64,000 nucleotides of DNA from Candidatus Obscuribacteraceae bacterium (GTDB lineage: Bacteria; Cyanobacteriota; Vampirovibrionia; Obscuribacterales; Obscuribacteraceae), in assembly GCA_044229845.1 (NCBI GenBank), contig JBGASG010000013.1, positions 31,849-95,848 on the forward strand, read 5' to 3'. The notes beneath the pieces are model-generated. The model saw only the letters and a list, made by a program, of their open reading frames with translations. It did no database searches and was not told the origin of the DNA. Both the position numbers and the translations under genes were made by a program. Below are positions 47,335 through 55,927 of the stretch, one piece after another. How positions within the stretch are numbered: the stretch's first letter is position 1; each line of letters starts with the position of its first letter.

Positions 47335-47658
47335 GTGATTTTCTGGTGCCAAAACATCACAAGCCCTCGATCGCAAGCAGCGCGGCACGTGTCGTCGTGA
47401 TTTTCTGGTGCCAAAACATCACAAGCCCTCGATCGCAGCAGCGCGGCAAGTGTCGTCGGATTTTCTGGTGCCAAAACATCACAAGCCCTCGATCGCAGCA
47501 GCGCGGCACGTGCGCAGTGATTTTCTGGTGCCAAAATATCACAAGTCCTGGGCGCAAGCAGCGCGGCACGCGTCTGATTTTCGGGTGCCAAAATATCACC
47601 TGCCCTTGGGCGCAAGCAGCGCACCACGCGTCGTGATTTTCTGGTGCCAAAATATCAC
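47335..47658. repeat. Array of six 26-bp imperfect palindromes (GTGATTTTCTGGTGCCAAAAYATCAC) with related 31-36 bp linkers
   Basis: Cores start at 47335, 47397, 47457, 47517, 47574 and 47633. Confidence 0.95.
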
Positions 47659-47735
47659 CAGCCCTGGAGGGCTTGCGCCGTGACACAGCGCGGCGGGATG
47701 ACACAGGTTCGCCGCGACCGGCAGCGCAGTCTCGG

Positions 47736-48230
47736 TTATTCGGTGGTAACGACTTGCGGTTTGATGGTTTCGACAATATCGCCGTCATGCGACTTGAGGC
47801 TTTGAATACCCTCAAGAAGCGTGTTCCACGGCAACAGTGCACACTTGATCCGAACGGGGTACTTTTTCACCCCCTGGAGCGCCTCCAGGTCTTCCATGTC
47901 TTCGCCGGCAATAAACTCGGTGGTGGCATCTTTAGAAAGCAGCATGTTCTTGAACGATTCAGCAAGCTGAGTGGCGCCCTCCAGATTCTGTCCTTTGATC
48001 GCTTCTGTCATCATAGAACCGGAGGCGGTGTTGATAGAGCAACCGCGCGACTTGATGCGAATGTCTTCGATCTTGTCTTTGTCGACGTTCAAATAGAGCG
48101 TCAGTTCATCGCCGCACAGTGGATTGACACCTTCCACCTCTACCGTCGGTTTGTCCATCACACCTTGATTGCGTGGATTGTGGTAGTGGTCGAGGATTGT
48201 CTCGCGATAGAGTTCTTCAGACAGCGACAT
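47736..48230 (-). CDS. sufU: SufU Fe-S assembly protein
   Basis: LYRETILDHY.NPRN, NPLCGD, GCSI..ASGS, PVRIKCALLPW. Confidence 0.93.
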   Translation of the reverse strand: MSLSEELYRETILDHYHNPRNQGVMDKPTVEVEGVNPLCGDELTLYLNVDKDKIEDIRIKSRGCSINTASGSMMTEAIKGQNLEGATQLAESFKNMLLSKDATTEFIAGEDMEDLEALQGVKKYPVRIKCALLPWNTLLEGIQSLKSHDGDIVETIKPQVVTTE

Positions 48231-49452
48231 GACCTAACACCTTTTCTGCTTGCGTGAGCGCCTGGACGAAAGTATCCACTTCGGCTTCCGTGTTGTAGAT
48301 GTAGAAACTGGCGCGCGCGGTGCCCATCAGGTCGTACTGCCGCATGAGGGGCTGGCAGCAATGATGTCCGGCTCTCACGGCTATTCCCTGTTCGCTGAGA
48401 ATATGTCCCAGATCGTGCGGATGCACGCCGCGGACATTGAACGCAATGACACCCCCGCGTTCAGCAACTTCCTTCGGTCCATAGATCGTGACATTCGGGA
48501 ACTTGCGCAGCTTGTCCAGTGCGTAAGCAGTAATCTCCATTTCGTGACGGCGGACATTTGCCATGCCCAGTTTCGTCAAATAATCAACCGCCGCTCCCGC
48601 TGCGATGACATCAGCGATGTTTGGCGTACCGGCTTCAAATTTCCACGGCAGCTGATTGTAGAGCGAGCGCTCGCGGCTGACGGATGAAATCATGTCGCCG
48701 CCACCCATGAAGGGCGGCATCTCCTCCAGAAGTTTGGCTTTGCCGTACAAAATGCCAATGCCAGTCGGACCCAGCATTTTGTGAAACGAGAAAGCCAGGA
48801 AGTCGCAGTCGAGAGCCTGCACATCGACAGGCAGGTGAGGCACGCCTTGCGCTCCGTCAACCAGAAGAACAGCGCCGTGCATGTGAGCCAGCTCCGCGAG
48901 CGCCTTGACGTCAACAATGCATCCAAGGACATTAGACATGAGCGTGATAGCAACCAGTTTCGTCTTCGCTGAAATCGCCTGCCGCGCGGACTCCATATCG
49001 AGCTTGCCGTCGGCCGTCACCTCGACAAAGACCAGCTTGGCTCCTTTTTCCCTGGCTAACATCTGCCAGGGAACGAGGTTGGAGTGGTGCTCCATCGCGC
49101 TGAGAACAATCTCGTCGCCTGCCTGGATGTTCTTCTTACCCCAGGTGTACATGACCAGGTTGATCGCCTCTGTGGCATTTCTCACAAAAATAATCTCGCG
49201 CGTTTCCCGGGCGTTTATGAAGGCGCGAATTTTCTCGCGAGCGCCCTCGTAGGCTTCCGTAGCTTCTTCAGAGAGCGTGTGGATGCCTCTATGAATATTT
49301 GCGTTGTAGGTGCTGTAGTAATTGGTCAGCGCATCGATGACCTGTTGCGGCTTTTGCGATGTCGCTGCATTGTCCAGATATATGAGCGGCTTGCCGTCGA
49401 TTTTTCTATCGAGAATCGGAAAGTCTTTGCGGATTGCATTTACGTCAAACAT
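48217..49452 (-). CDS. sufS: Cysteine desulfurase SufS
   Basis: YLDNAATSQKP, EHHSN, FSFHKMLGPTG, FEAGTP, RAGHHC. Confidence 0.96.
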   Translation of the reverse strand: MFDVNAIRKDFPILDRKIDGKPLIYLDNAATSQKPQQVIDALTNYYSTYNANIHRGIHTLSEEATEAYEGAREKIRAFINARETREIIFVRNATEAINLVMYTWGKKNIQAGDEIVLSAMEHHSNLVPWQMLAREKGAKLVFVEVTADGKLDMESARQAISAKTKLVAITLMSNVLGCIVDVKALAELAHMHGAVLLVDGAQGVPHLPVDVQALDCDFLAFSFHKMLGPTGIGILYGKAKLLEEMPPFMGGGDMISSVSRERSLYNQLPWKFEAGTPNIADVIAAGAAVDYLTKLGMANVRRHEMEITAYALDKLRKFPNVTIYGPKEVAERGGVIAFNVRGVHPHDLGHILSEQGIAVRAGHHCCQPLMRQYDLMGTARASFYIYNTEAEVDTFVQALTQAEKVLGHVAV

Positions 49453-49473
49453 TTTCGTCCCAACTTTCTTTAG

Positions 49474-49800
49474 TTATTTGCTGGGTGGGCCGACCCAAAG
49501 TTCGCCGTCGCGTATTTCAATTGGATAAGTCGCGACCGAGCCCACCGCTGGTAGACACATAGCTTTGCCGGTCTTGATGTCGAAGCGTGCACCGTGTCTG
49601 GGACATTCAATCTCGCCATCCACCAGTTCGCCTTCGCCAAGCGGACCGTTGTCGTGCGTACATCGATCATCGATCGCGTAATACTGTCCCTCGTTGTTGC
49701 ACAGGGCAATGCGATGCCCATGCGCTGAGAATACGCGCACCTCGCCGGGCGGAATTTCAGCTACCCCGGCGACCTTGACGAATTGGGTGGTGTCACTCAT
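49474..49800 (-). CDS. Rieske [2Fe-2S] ferredoxin
   Basis: CTH..L.EG..IECPRHGARFD. Confidence 0.92.
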   Translation of the reverse strand: MSDTTQFVKVAGVAEIPPGEVRVFSAHGHRIALCNNEGQYYAIDDRCTHDNGPLGEGELVDGEIECPRHGARFDIKTGKAMCLPAVGSVATYPIEIRDGELWVGPPSK

Positions 49801-51197
49801 GGTCCCTCGCTGAACTCGACAACGGCGCTTTGTTCGCCGGCAAGAACCTTAAGTGAGACCAGTCTCGAAACCCATTCGATCACGACAGGCAAGGGGCAAC
49901 GATCCATGACCTTGCGGAAAAATCCGATGACGACCAGTTGTTCTGCCTGCCGTTCCGTCAGACCGCGACTCATCAGATAGAAGATCTGCGACTTGTCGAC
50001 CGGACCGACCGTGGCTCCGTGCGAACAACGCACATCATCCGCCAGAATCTCCAGCTTGGGAATCGAATCGGCTTTGGCGTCGCCATCCAGCAACAGGTTT
50101 TTGTTTTGCTGATAAGCATCTGTACGCTGGGCTACCTTGTCGACGCGAATGACACCGTGATAGATGGATTGTGCAGCCTCACGCAGAGCGACCCGGAAGT
50201 TGATGTCCGACTTGGTATCAGGTGCTTTGTGCTCTTCAACGGTATTGAAATTGAATGCTTGCTGAGCGTTACCGAATACCGCTCCCATCACATCGCTGGT
50301 CGCGCCTGGTGCTTCCAAATAGGTGGCGATTTCGGACTTGGTTTGTTTAGCTCCAAGCGCCAGAGACATAGTGGCAACGAATGCATCTTTCTGTACGTGG
50401 CTGTTCAACCGCTCCATGTAGAACACGTCCTGCGGCAGCACTCCGACGCCCAGATAGAAAAGCTTCGAACCCGGGCGAGCGAAGATGTCCGTCTCGGCGG
50501 CTATGAGAGAACGCGTCTTGGTGCCTGATTCCGGAGTGAGTGCGTCGGTAGTCGGACCATTGACATGAATCAAGTTGACGCGGCTGTTAGGTTCCGCGGC
50601 AACCACCAGGCGGGGAAATACCGCGCCACCATACTCAGTGCCATTGAGAGAATCAGACCCGAATCCGATTCCATAGAAGAAGGGCTGGGCGATCTCAACA
50701 CCGGCTGGAACGAACAAGAAAGCGCCGCAATTGAAGAGCGCTTTCGTCAGCAGATGGAATTTATCTTCTCCGTCCTTCTGTTCGGACAGATATGCTTGCA
50801 GTTTTGCGGAATGCTTCTCTATCGCAGTGGCGATGTCGCAGAAGACAACGCCTTGCTCCGCCAGTTCCTTACTCAAGAAATTCACACCAGAACCGGCTGT
50901 GCTCTGCCAGAGGAAACCAGCATGGCTTCCGACTTCCTCAAGAGCCTGTTGGAACCACTTGGGCAGATCGCTTACCTGTCCCGGCTTCACTACCGGAACA
51001 TCGACGGTCACCAGTGTCGACAGGTTGAGTTCAGCGGGATCGATCTTGCGCCACTCTTCAGCGCGAGGATTGGGCATGGGCATCTGCAAATAAGCTTCCC
51101 ACGCCGAGAGACGCTGAGCAGAAAGCCATGAAGGCTCTGCATTGCGCGCAGTTAGTTCTTCAACTCGCTCTTTAGTGATGGTGCGTACTCCTGTCAT
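49797..51197 (-). CDS. sufD: Fe-S assembly protein SufD
   Basis: EEWRK, PKLEILADDVRCSHGATVG, FYLMSRG. Confidence 0.92.
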   Translation of the reverse strand: MTGVRTITKERVEELTARNAEPSWLSAQRLSAWEAYLQMPMPNPRAEEWRKIDPAELNLSTLVTVDVPVVKPGQVSDLPKWFQQALEEVGSHAGFLWQSTAGSGVNFLSKELAEQGVVFCDIATAIEKHSAKLQAYLSEQKDGEDKFHLLTKALFNCGAFLFVPAGVEIAQPFFYGIGFGSDSLNGTEYGGAVFPRLVVAAEPNSRVNLIHVNGPTTDALTPESGTKTRSLIAAETDIFARPGSKLFYLGVGVLPQDVFYMERLNSHVQKDAFVATMSLALGAKQTKSEIATYLEAPGATSDVMGAVFGNAQQAFNFNTVEEHKAPDTKSDINFRVALREAAQSIYHGVIRVDKVAQRTDAYQQNKNLLLDGDAKADSIPKLEILADDVRCSHGATVGPVDKSQIFYLMSRGLTERQAEQLVVIGFFRKVMDRCPLPVVIEWVSRLVSLKVLAGEQSAVVEFSEGP

Positions 51198-51232
51198 AAG
51201 CACTCCGTCTGTGTTTCCATCGGGCGCGGCAT

Positions 51233-52660
51233 TTAGCCGACAGACCCTTCCATTTCCAACTGGATGAGGCGGTTCAATTCGACAGCGTATTCCAGTGGCA
51301 ATTCTTTAGTGAACGGCTCGAAGAATCCGTTGACGATCATGGTGGTGGCCTCGGTTTGCGAAAGTCCGCGGCTCATCAAATAAAAGAGCTGCTCTTCGCC
51401 TACCTTGGACACGGTGGCTTCATGCTCGATGGTGACATCCTTTTCGTCCACTTCCATGGTCGGGTAGGTGTCCGAGCGCGACGCTTCGTCCATGAGCAAC
51501 GCATCGCAACGAACGCTGGACTTGCAATCATGGGCATCCGGATAGACCTTCACCAGTCCACGATACGAGGTGCGTCCACCATCTTTGGAGATGGACTTGG
51601 AGACTATAATCGAGCTGGTGTCAGGAGCGACGTGCACCATCTTGGCGCCGGCGTCCTGGTGCTGGTCTTTGCCGGCAAATGCAATCGAAAGCACTTCGCC
51701 GTGAGCGCCTTTGCCGGTGAGATATATAGATGGATATTTCATCGTCAGCTTTGAGCCTAGGTTGCCGTCCACCCATTCGACCTTGGCATTTTCTTCAGCC
51801 ACGGCACGCTTGGTGACCAGGTTGTACACGTTTTTCGACCAGTTTTGAATGGTCGTATATCTGATGTGCGCGCCCGGTTTGGCAATCAGTTCGACGACTG
51901 CCGAGTGCAGCGAGTCGCTGGAATAAACCGGCGCCGTGCAACCTTCAATGTAGTGCACGAAGCTGCCCGGCTCGGCGATGATCAAAGTTCGTTCGAACTG
52001 ACCCATGTTCTCGGTGTTGATGCGGAAATACGCTTGCAGCGGAATCTCCACCTTCACGCCTGGCGGCACCCAGACGAAAGAGCCTCCGGACCAGACGGCG
52101 GAGTTGAGGGCCGAGAATTTGTTGTCGGCAGCCGGAATAATGGTGCCGAAGTGCTTGCGCACGATTTCTTCGTGCTCGCGCAGACCGGTATCCATGTCCA
52201 GGAAAACCACGCCTTGCTTTTCGAGGTCTTCACGAATGGAGTGATAGACCACTTCCGATTCGTACTGCGCTGTGACGCCGGCAAGAAACTTGCGCTCGGC
52301 TTCCGGAATGCCCAGGCGGTCGAAAGTATTCTTGATGCCTTCCGGCACGTCTTCCCAGTTGCGTTCTTGCTTTTCAGAAGCGCGTACGAAGTAGTGGATA
52401 TTGGCGAAGTCGATTTGATCGAGCAGTTCGCTGTTCGCCCAGCGCGGCATCGGTTTCTTATTGAAGATCTTCAGAGCTTTCAGGCGATATTCGAGCATCC
52501 ATTCCGGCTCGTTCTTCATCTCCGAAATCTTGCGCACGATCTCTTCGGTCAGACCTTTGCCTGACTTGAACGTATATTTGTCTTCTTTGTCGTGGAAGCC
52601 ATATTTGTAATCGGCACCAACTGAACGCAGAACGTCGTCTTGTGTTAATTCAACTGCCAT
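51233..52660 (-). CDS. sufB: Fe-S assembly protein SufB
   Basis: [43 protein letters not shown]. Confidence 0.97.
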   Translation of the reverse strand: MAVELTQDDVLRSVGADYKYGFHDKEDKYTFKSGKGLTEEIVRKISEMKNEPEWMLEYRLKALKIFNKKPMPRWANSELLDQIDFANIHYFVRASEKQERNWEDVPEGIKNTFDRLGIPEAERKFLAGVTAQYESEVVYHSIREDLEKQGVVFLDMDTGLREHEEIVRKHFGTIIPAADNKFSALNSAVWSGGSFVWVPPGVKVEIPLQAYFRINTENMGQFERTLIIAEPGSFVHYIEGCTAPVYSSDSLHSAVVELIAKPGAHIRYTTIQNWSKNVYNLVTKRAVAEENAKVEWVDGNLGSKLTMKYPSIYLTGKGAHGEVLSIAFAGKDQHQDAGAKMVHVAPDTSSIIVSKSISKDGGRTSYRGLVKVYPDAHDCKSSVRCDALLMDEASRSDTYPTMEVDEKDVTIEHEATVSKVGEEQLFYLMSRGLSQTEATTMIVNGFFEPFTKELPLEYAVELNRLIQLEMEGSVG

Positions 52661-52679
52661 TGGTTCTGCCTCCATCGGG

Positions 52680-53456
52680 TTACTTGCTTCCGGCGGCGGC
52701 GCCGGCGAATTCTTTAGCAACCCAGTCGTAACCTTCCGCCTCAAGTTGTTTGGCAAGTTCTTTGCCACCAGATTTGACGATCTGTCCGTCTTGCATGACA
52801 TGCACGAACTGCGGCGTCACATAGTTCAGCATGCGTTGATAGTGAGTGATGAGGAGCATTGCATTGCCCGGCGTCTGCAAGGCAACAATGCCTTCTGCCA
52901 CCGTCTTCAGTGCATCGATGTCCAGTCCGGAATCTGTTTCGTCGAGCAGAGCGAACTTCGGTTGCAACATCGCCATCTGCAGAATCTCAAGGCGTTTCTT
53001 TTCGCCGCCCGAGAAGCCGTCGTTGACGTAACGCGAAAGGAAGTCATCAGCAATGCCCAGCTTAGCCATATTGGCTTTCAGCTCTTTGCGGAATTCTTTG
53101 ATCGGCACTTCCTGACCGCGACGAGCCTTAACGGCGGTGCGCAGGAAGTTGGAAACCGAAACACCAGGGATGGCGACGGGGTACTGGAATGCCAGGTACA
53201 TACCGGCGCGGGCTCTTTCATCGACCGGCATCTCAAAAAGGTCTTGCCCAAGGAAGGTGACCTTGCCCTTAGTGACGGTATAGCGCGGATGCCCCATCAG
53301 CGTGTATGACAATGTCGATTTGCCGGACCCGTTGCGTCCCATGAGCGCATGCACTTCACCGGCGTTGATCGTGAGGTCCACACCTTTGAGGATTTGCTTG
53401 CCTTCCACTTCTACATGGAGGTCTTCAATCACCAGAATCGGAGTCTTCGCTGTCAT
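52680..53456 (-). CDS. sufC: Fe-S assembly ATPase SufC
   Basis: [40 protein letters not shown]. Confidence 0.97.
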   Translation of the reverse strand: MTAKTPILVIEDLHVEVEGKQILKGVDLTINAGEVHALMGRNGSGKSTLSYTLMGHPRYTVTKGKVTFLGQDLFEMPVDERARAGMYLAFQYPVAIPGVSVSNFLRTAVKARRGQEVPIKEFRKELKANMAKLGIADDFLSRYVNDGFSGGEKKRLEILQMAMLQPKFALLDETDSGLDIDALKTVAEGIVALQTPGNAMLLITHYQRMLNYVTPQFVHVMQDGQIVKSGGKELAKQLEAEGYDWVAKEFAGAAAGSK

Positions 53457-53553
53457 TAGTCCAGTTGCCTTCTTTTACGGTCGCGGTTGCGGCGTTCGGT
53501 CGGTCCACGGGTTAGATTAACTCGGCTGAATTTAAGCGCCCATGGCTTTTATC

Positions 53554-53583
53554 GATATAATAGTATCAAAAATACGATATATC
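53554..53583. promoter_or_regulatory. Imperfect inverted repeat overlapping -10-like hexamers; candidate SufR operator
   Basis: GATATAATAGTAT-CAAAA-ATACGATATATC in the sufC/sufR divergent gap; TATAAT at 53556 (+), TACTAT at 53560-53565 (-). Confidence 0.45.
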
Positions 53584-53701
53584 TCACCACGGCCATAATG
53601 ATCATTTCCAATCTATCCAGATGGGCGGTGCTTCAAAAGCCGTACGATGGGAAAATCTTGCGGTCCGTTCGCGGACGATGTAAACAAAGAAGCTGATTGA
53701 T

Positions 53702-54379
53702 ATGGTCACCAAGCCCCTGTCAACACAACCGGAATCCACTCACGACGCTGTGCTTCTGCACCTTCGGCAGCAAAACGAGCTGACCGTCTCGGAACTGTGC
53801 GACAAGCTGGGCATTACTTCCATGGCTGTCCGGCGGCACCTGGCCGGCTTGCAGAAAGATGGACTGGTTGAATGCCGCCTGGTACGCCAGGCCCGCGGTC
53901 GCCCTACTTACCGGTACCGACTGACCGCCAAGGCAGAATCGCTCTTTCCATCGGCGATGAACAGCCTGGCTTTCGAGATGATCGATGCTGTCTTTGAGCA
54001 GAGCGGGCATCAGGGCGTCACGGAACTCTTGCGCACACGAGACGCCTGGTTGGCACGCAAGCTGGAACCGCATCTGGAGCGGATGAGCTTGCAAGAGCGC
54101 GTTTCGGAAGTAGCACGCATTTTTTCGGAAAATGGCTACATGACTGACTGGAAGGCTCTTCCAGATGGCAATTTCTTTATTTATCAGCATCACTGCGCCG
54201 TTCACCAGCTGGCTACAAAATACCGCCAGATTTGCGCCCTGGAGCCTCAACTCATGCAGACCCTGCTGGGAGTCAAAGTCACCCGCCAGCAATACATGCT
54301 GAAAAACGATCCTGTATGCGGTTATCTGGTTGAGGCGAATGAGCCACCCGGTCCGCTGACCGGAGGTGACGATGCCTGA
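53702..54379 (+). CDS. sufR: Fe-S cluster transcriptional regulator SufR
   Basis: HTH AVRRHL..L, GRP..YRLT; C-terminal C-X12-C-X27-C; divergent from the suf operon. Confidence 0.85.
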   Translation: MVTKPLSTQPESTHDAVLLHLRQQNELTVSELCDKLGITSMAVRRHLAGLQKDGLVECRLVRQARGRPTYRYRLTAKAESLFPSAMNSLAFEMIDAVFEQSGHQGVTELLRTRDAWLARKLEPHLERMSLQERVSEVARIFSENGYMTDWKALPDGNFFIYQHHCAVHQLATKYRQICALEPQLMQTLLGVKVTRQQYMLKNDPVCGYLVEANEPPGPLTGGDDA

Positions 54380-55376
54380 CGAGCATGTCGCTCGCGAGCT
54401 CATGCAGCAAGCGTACGAACTTCTCGGGACCTACGATACGGACGGTGCCATCAAAATCGGTGAACAACTGCGGAAGATGCGCTACACAGGCGGCTACGAG
54501 ATACTGGCATTGGCTTATCAAATCGAAGGCAAGCTGGAAAAAGCAGTGCGCATTCTCAAAGAAGGCGTGAAGCAAGCACCGAGTTCCTGGCTTCTGTGGC
54601 AGCAGTTGGGCAATCTGTATTCGGATCGCGCGGAGTTCGACAAAGCACACGAGTCTTACGATCGGGCGCTGCAGTGCCCGGACGCCGATCCATCCAACAT
54701 CACGTTGAACCGCGCCAACGTTTACCATCGCCAGGGCGAATACGAGATGTCCTTGAAAGTGCTCGATTCAGTTTCGGATGAAGATGCCCGCCACCAGGGC
54801 ATGTCACTGCGCGTCACGCTCCTGAACGGACTGGGTCGTCACGAAGAAGCAATGACGATTGCCAAGCAAACCATCGCCCGACTAGAACAGTCGGAACATA
54901 AGAACGCAGCCGATGTCCGCCACGATATATCAAGACTGCACGCCGAACTGGCGGTTTCTTACAAGAAGCTGCAGCTGCCACCAGAAATGGTGCAAGCCGA
55001 GATTCGAGAAGCGATCAGCACCGAGCGTACCAGCAATTTTGCCATGCGTCTGCTGCGCGAGCAACGCAACGAAAAATCGCCGCAGGCCAAGCATTTCTGG
55101 CTGCAGTTAAAAGGCACCTGGGACGCGAAGATTGAAGGTGATGACGGCGAAGAGGGCGACTTCATTCCCGACTTTTTCGTCAATTACGACGTCGTTGCCG
55201 ACAGCATCGAAGAAGCGCTTTCGTACTGCCGCGACTTCGAGCCGGAAGGCGTGCGCGAGAGTCTGGAAGTGGACGATCAGGAAGAACTGGAAGCCTGCCC
55301 CGACGAGCTAAAGGGCGTCTACGGCTGCACCGGGCACGCGTTCTACGATCCGCGCGAAGACGAAGAGGACGACTAG
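54372..55376 (+). CDS. TPR protein with acidic C-terminal domain
   Basis: LWQQLGNLYSD..FDKAHESYDRAL; GGAGG Shine-Dalgarno; overlaps the end of sufR. Confidence 0.75.
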   Translation: MPDEHVARELMQQAYELLGTYDTDGAIKIGEQLRKMRYTGGYEILALAYQIEGKLEKAVRILKEGVKQAPSSWLLWQQLGNLYSDRAEFDKAHESYDRALQCPDADPSNITLNRANVYHRQGEYEMSLKVLDSVSDEDARHQGMSLRVTLLNGLGRHEEAMTIAKQTIARLEQSEHKNAADVRHDISRLHAELAVSYKKLQLPPEMVQAEIREAISTERTSNFAMRLLREQRNEKSPQAKHFWLQLKGTWDAKIEGDDGEEGDFIPDFFVNYDVVADSIEEALSYCRDFEPEGVRESLEVDDQEELEACPDELKGVYGCTGHAFYDPREDEEDD

Positions 55377-55822
55377 TTTTTTATCGAGATGCTCTGGATG
55401 CGGTTCATCAGTTTGATGTCCGCTTTGGCGACGAAAGAACGTCCGTCCTCCAAATGGCATTCGAAACAGGCTTCGTTTTTAGTGAGAAACGTACCGGCGG
55501 CAAATCCGCCCAAAACTCCAATTGGTCCACCGACAAGCATGGCACCGGCGATGGTTGATGCCCAGGGCGCGACTTGACCGACGACTTCGCGCATCGGTCC
55601 GCTTTCTTTGGCGTCCTTAGGCACTACACGTACTTTGTCGCGCAGCGGAATCACCATCTTGATGCGTTCATCGTCCCCTGCTACCTGTTTGTCCGAATGG
55701 GGATTTTTCGCCAGCACCATGCTTTCGCCGTTAAAAATCCAGTCGCCGGCCGGCACATCGCCTGAAACGACGTAGAGCTTGGTCAGGTCCAGCTTCCACA
55801 TAAGCTCGTTAACAGAATTCAT
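55373..55822 (-). CDS. Hypothetical protein with a Gly-rich hydrophobic segment
   Basis: AGAMLVGGPIGVLGGFAAG; FECHLEDGRSFVA. Confidence 0.6.
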   Translation of the reverse strand: MNSVNELMWKLDLTKLYVVSGDVPAGDWIFNGESMVLAKNPHSDKQVAGDDERIKMVIPLRDKVRVVPKDAKESGPMREVVGQVAPWASTIAGAMLVGGPIGVLGGFAAGTFLTKNEACFECHLEDGRSFVAKADIKLMNRIQSISIKN

Positions 55823-55927
55823 CTACGGCGATCCTCATGGTGGGTCAGAACATGGGTTCTGGGGTTAGGTAGGTCCATATCTACCTTGTACCACCGCACA
55901 CCGATCGGCCGCCGGGTTAACCCCCAG

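Noticed and set aside
47335..47658. CRISPR array interpretation
   Set aside because: Repeat and spacer lengths are CRISPR-like, but the spacers are clearly homologous to each other and no cas genes are in the window.
47335..47658. Type III toxin-antitoxin RNA repeats or TIGR-type guide array
   Set aside because: No ToxN/CptN/TenpN-like RNase or Nop-domain protein is recognisable nearby, and the linkers are not variable guide-like sequences.
47325..47842. Repeat-peptide ORFs (VMFWHQKI, DILAPEN, FWCQNIT) across the array
   Set aside because: Two of five periods (62 and 59) are not multiples of 3, the motifs switch frames, and there is no clear start context. Not fully excluded given indel errors elsewhere in the window.
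51233..52801. Extended SufB N-terminus or a SufB intein
   Set aside because: The extension overlaps sufC; the likely start is ATG 52660. The length is normal and no intein motifs were seen.
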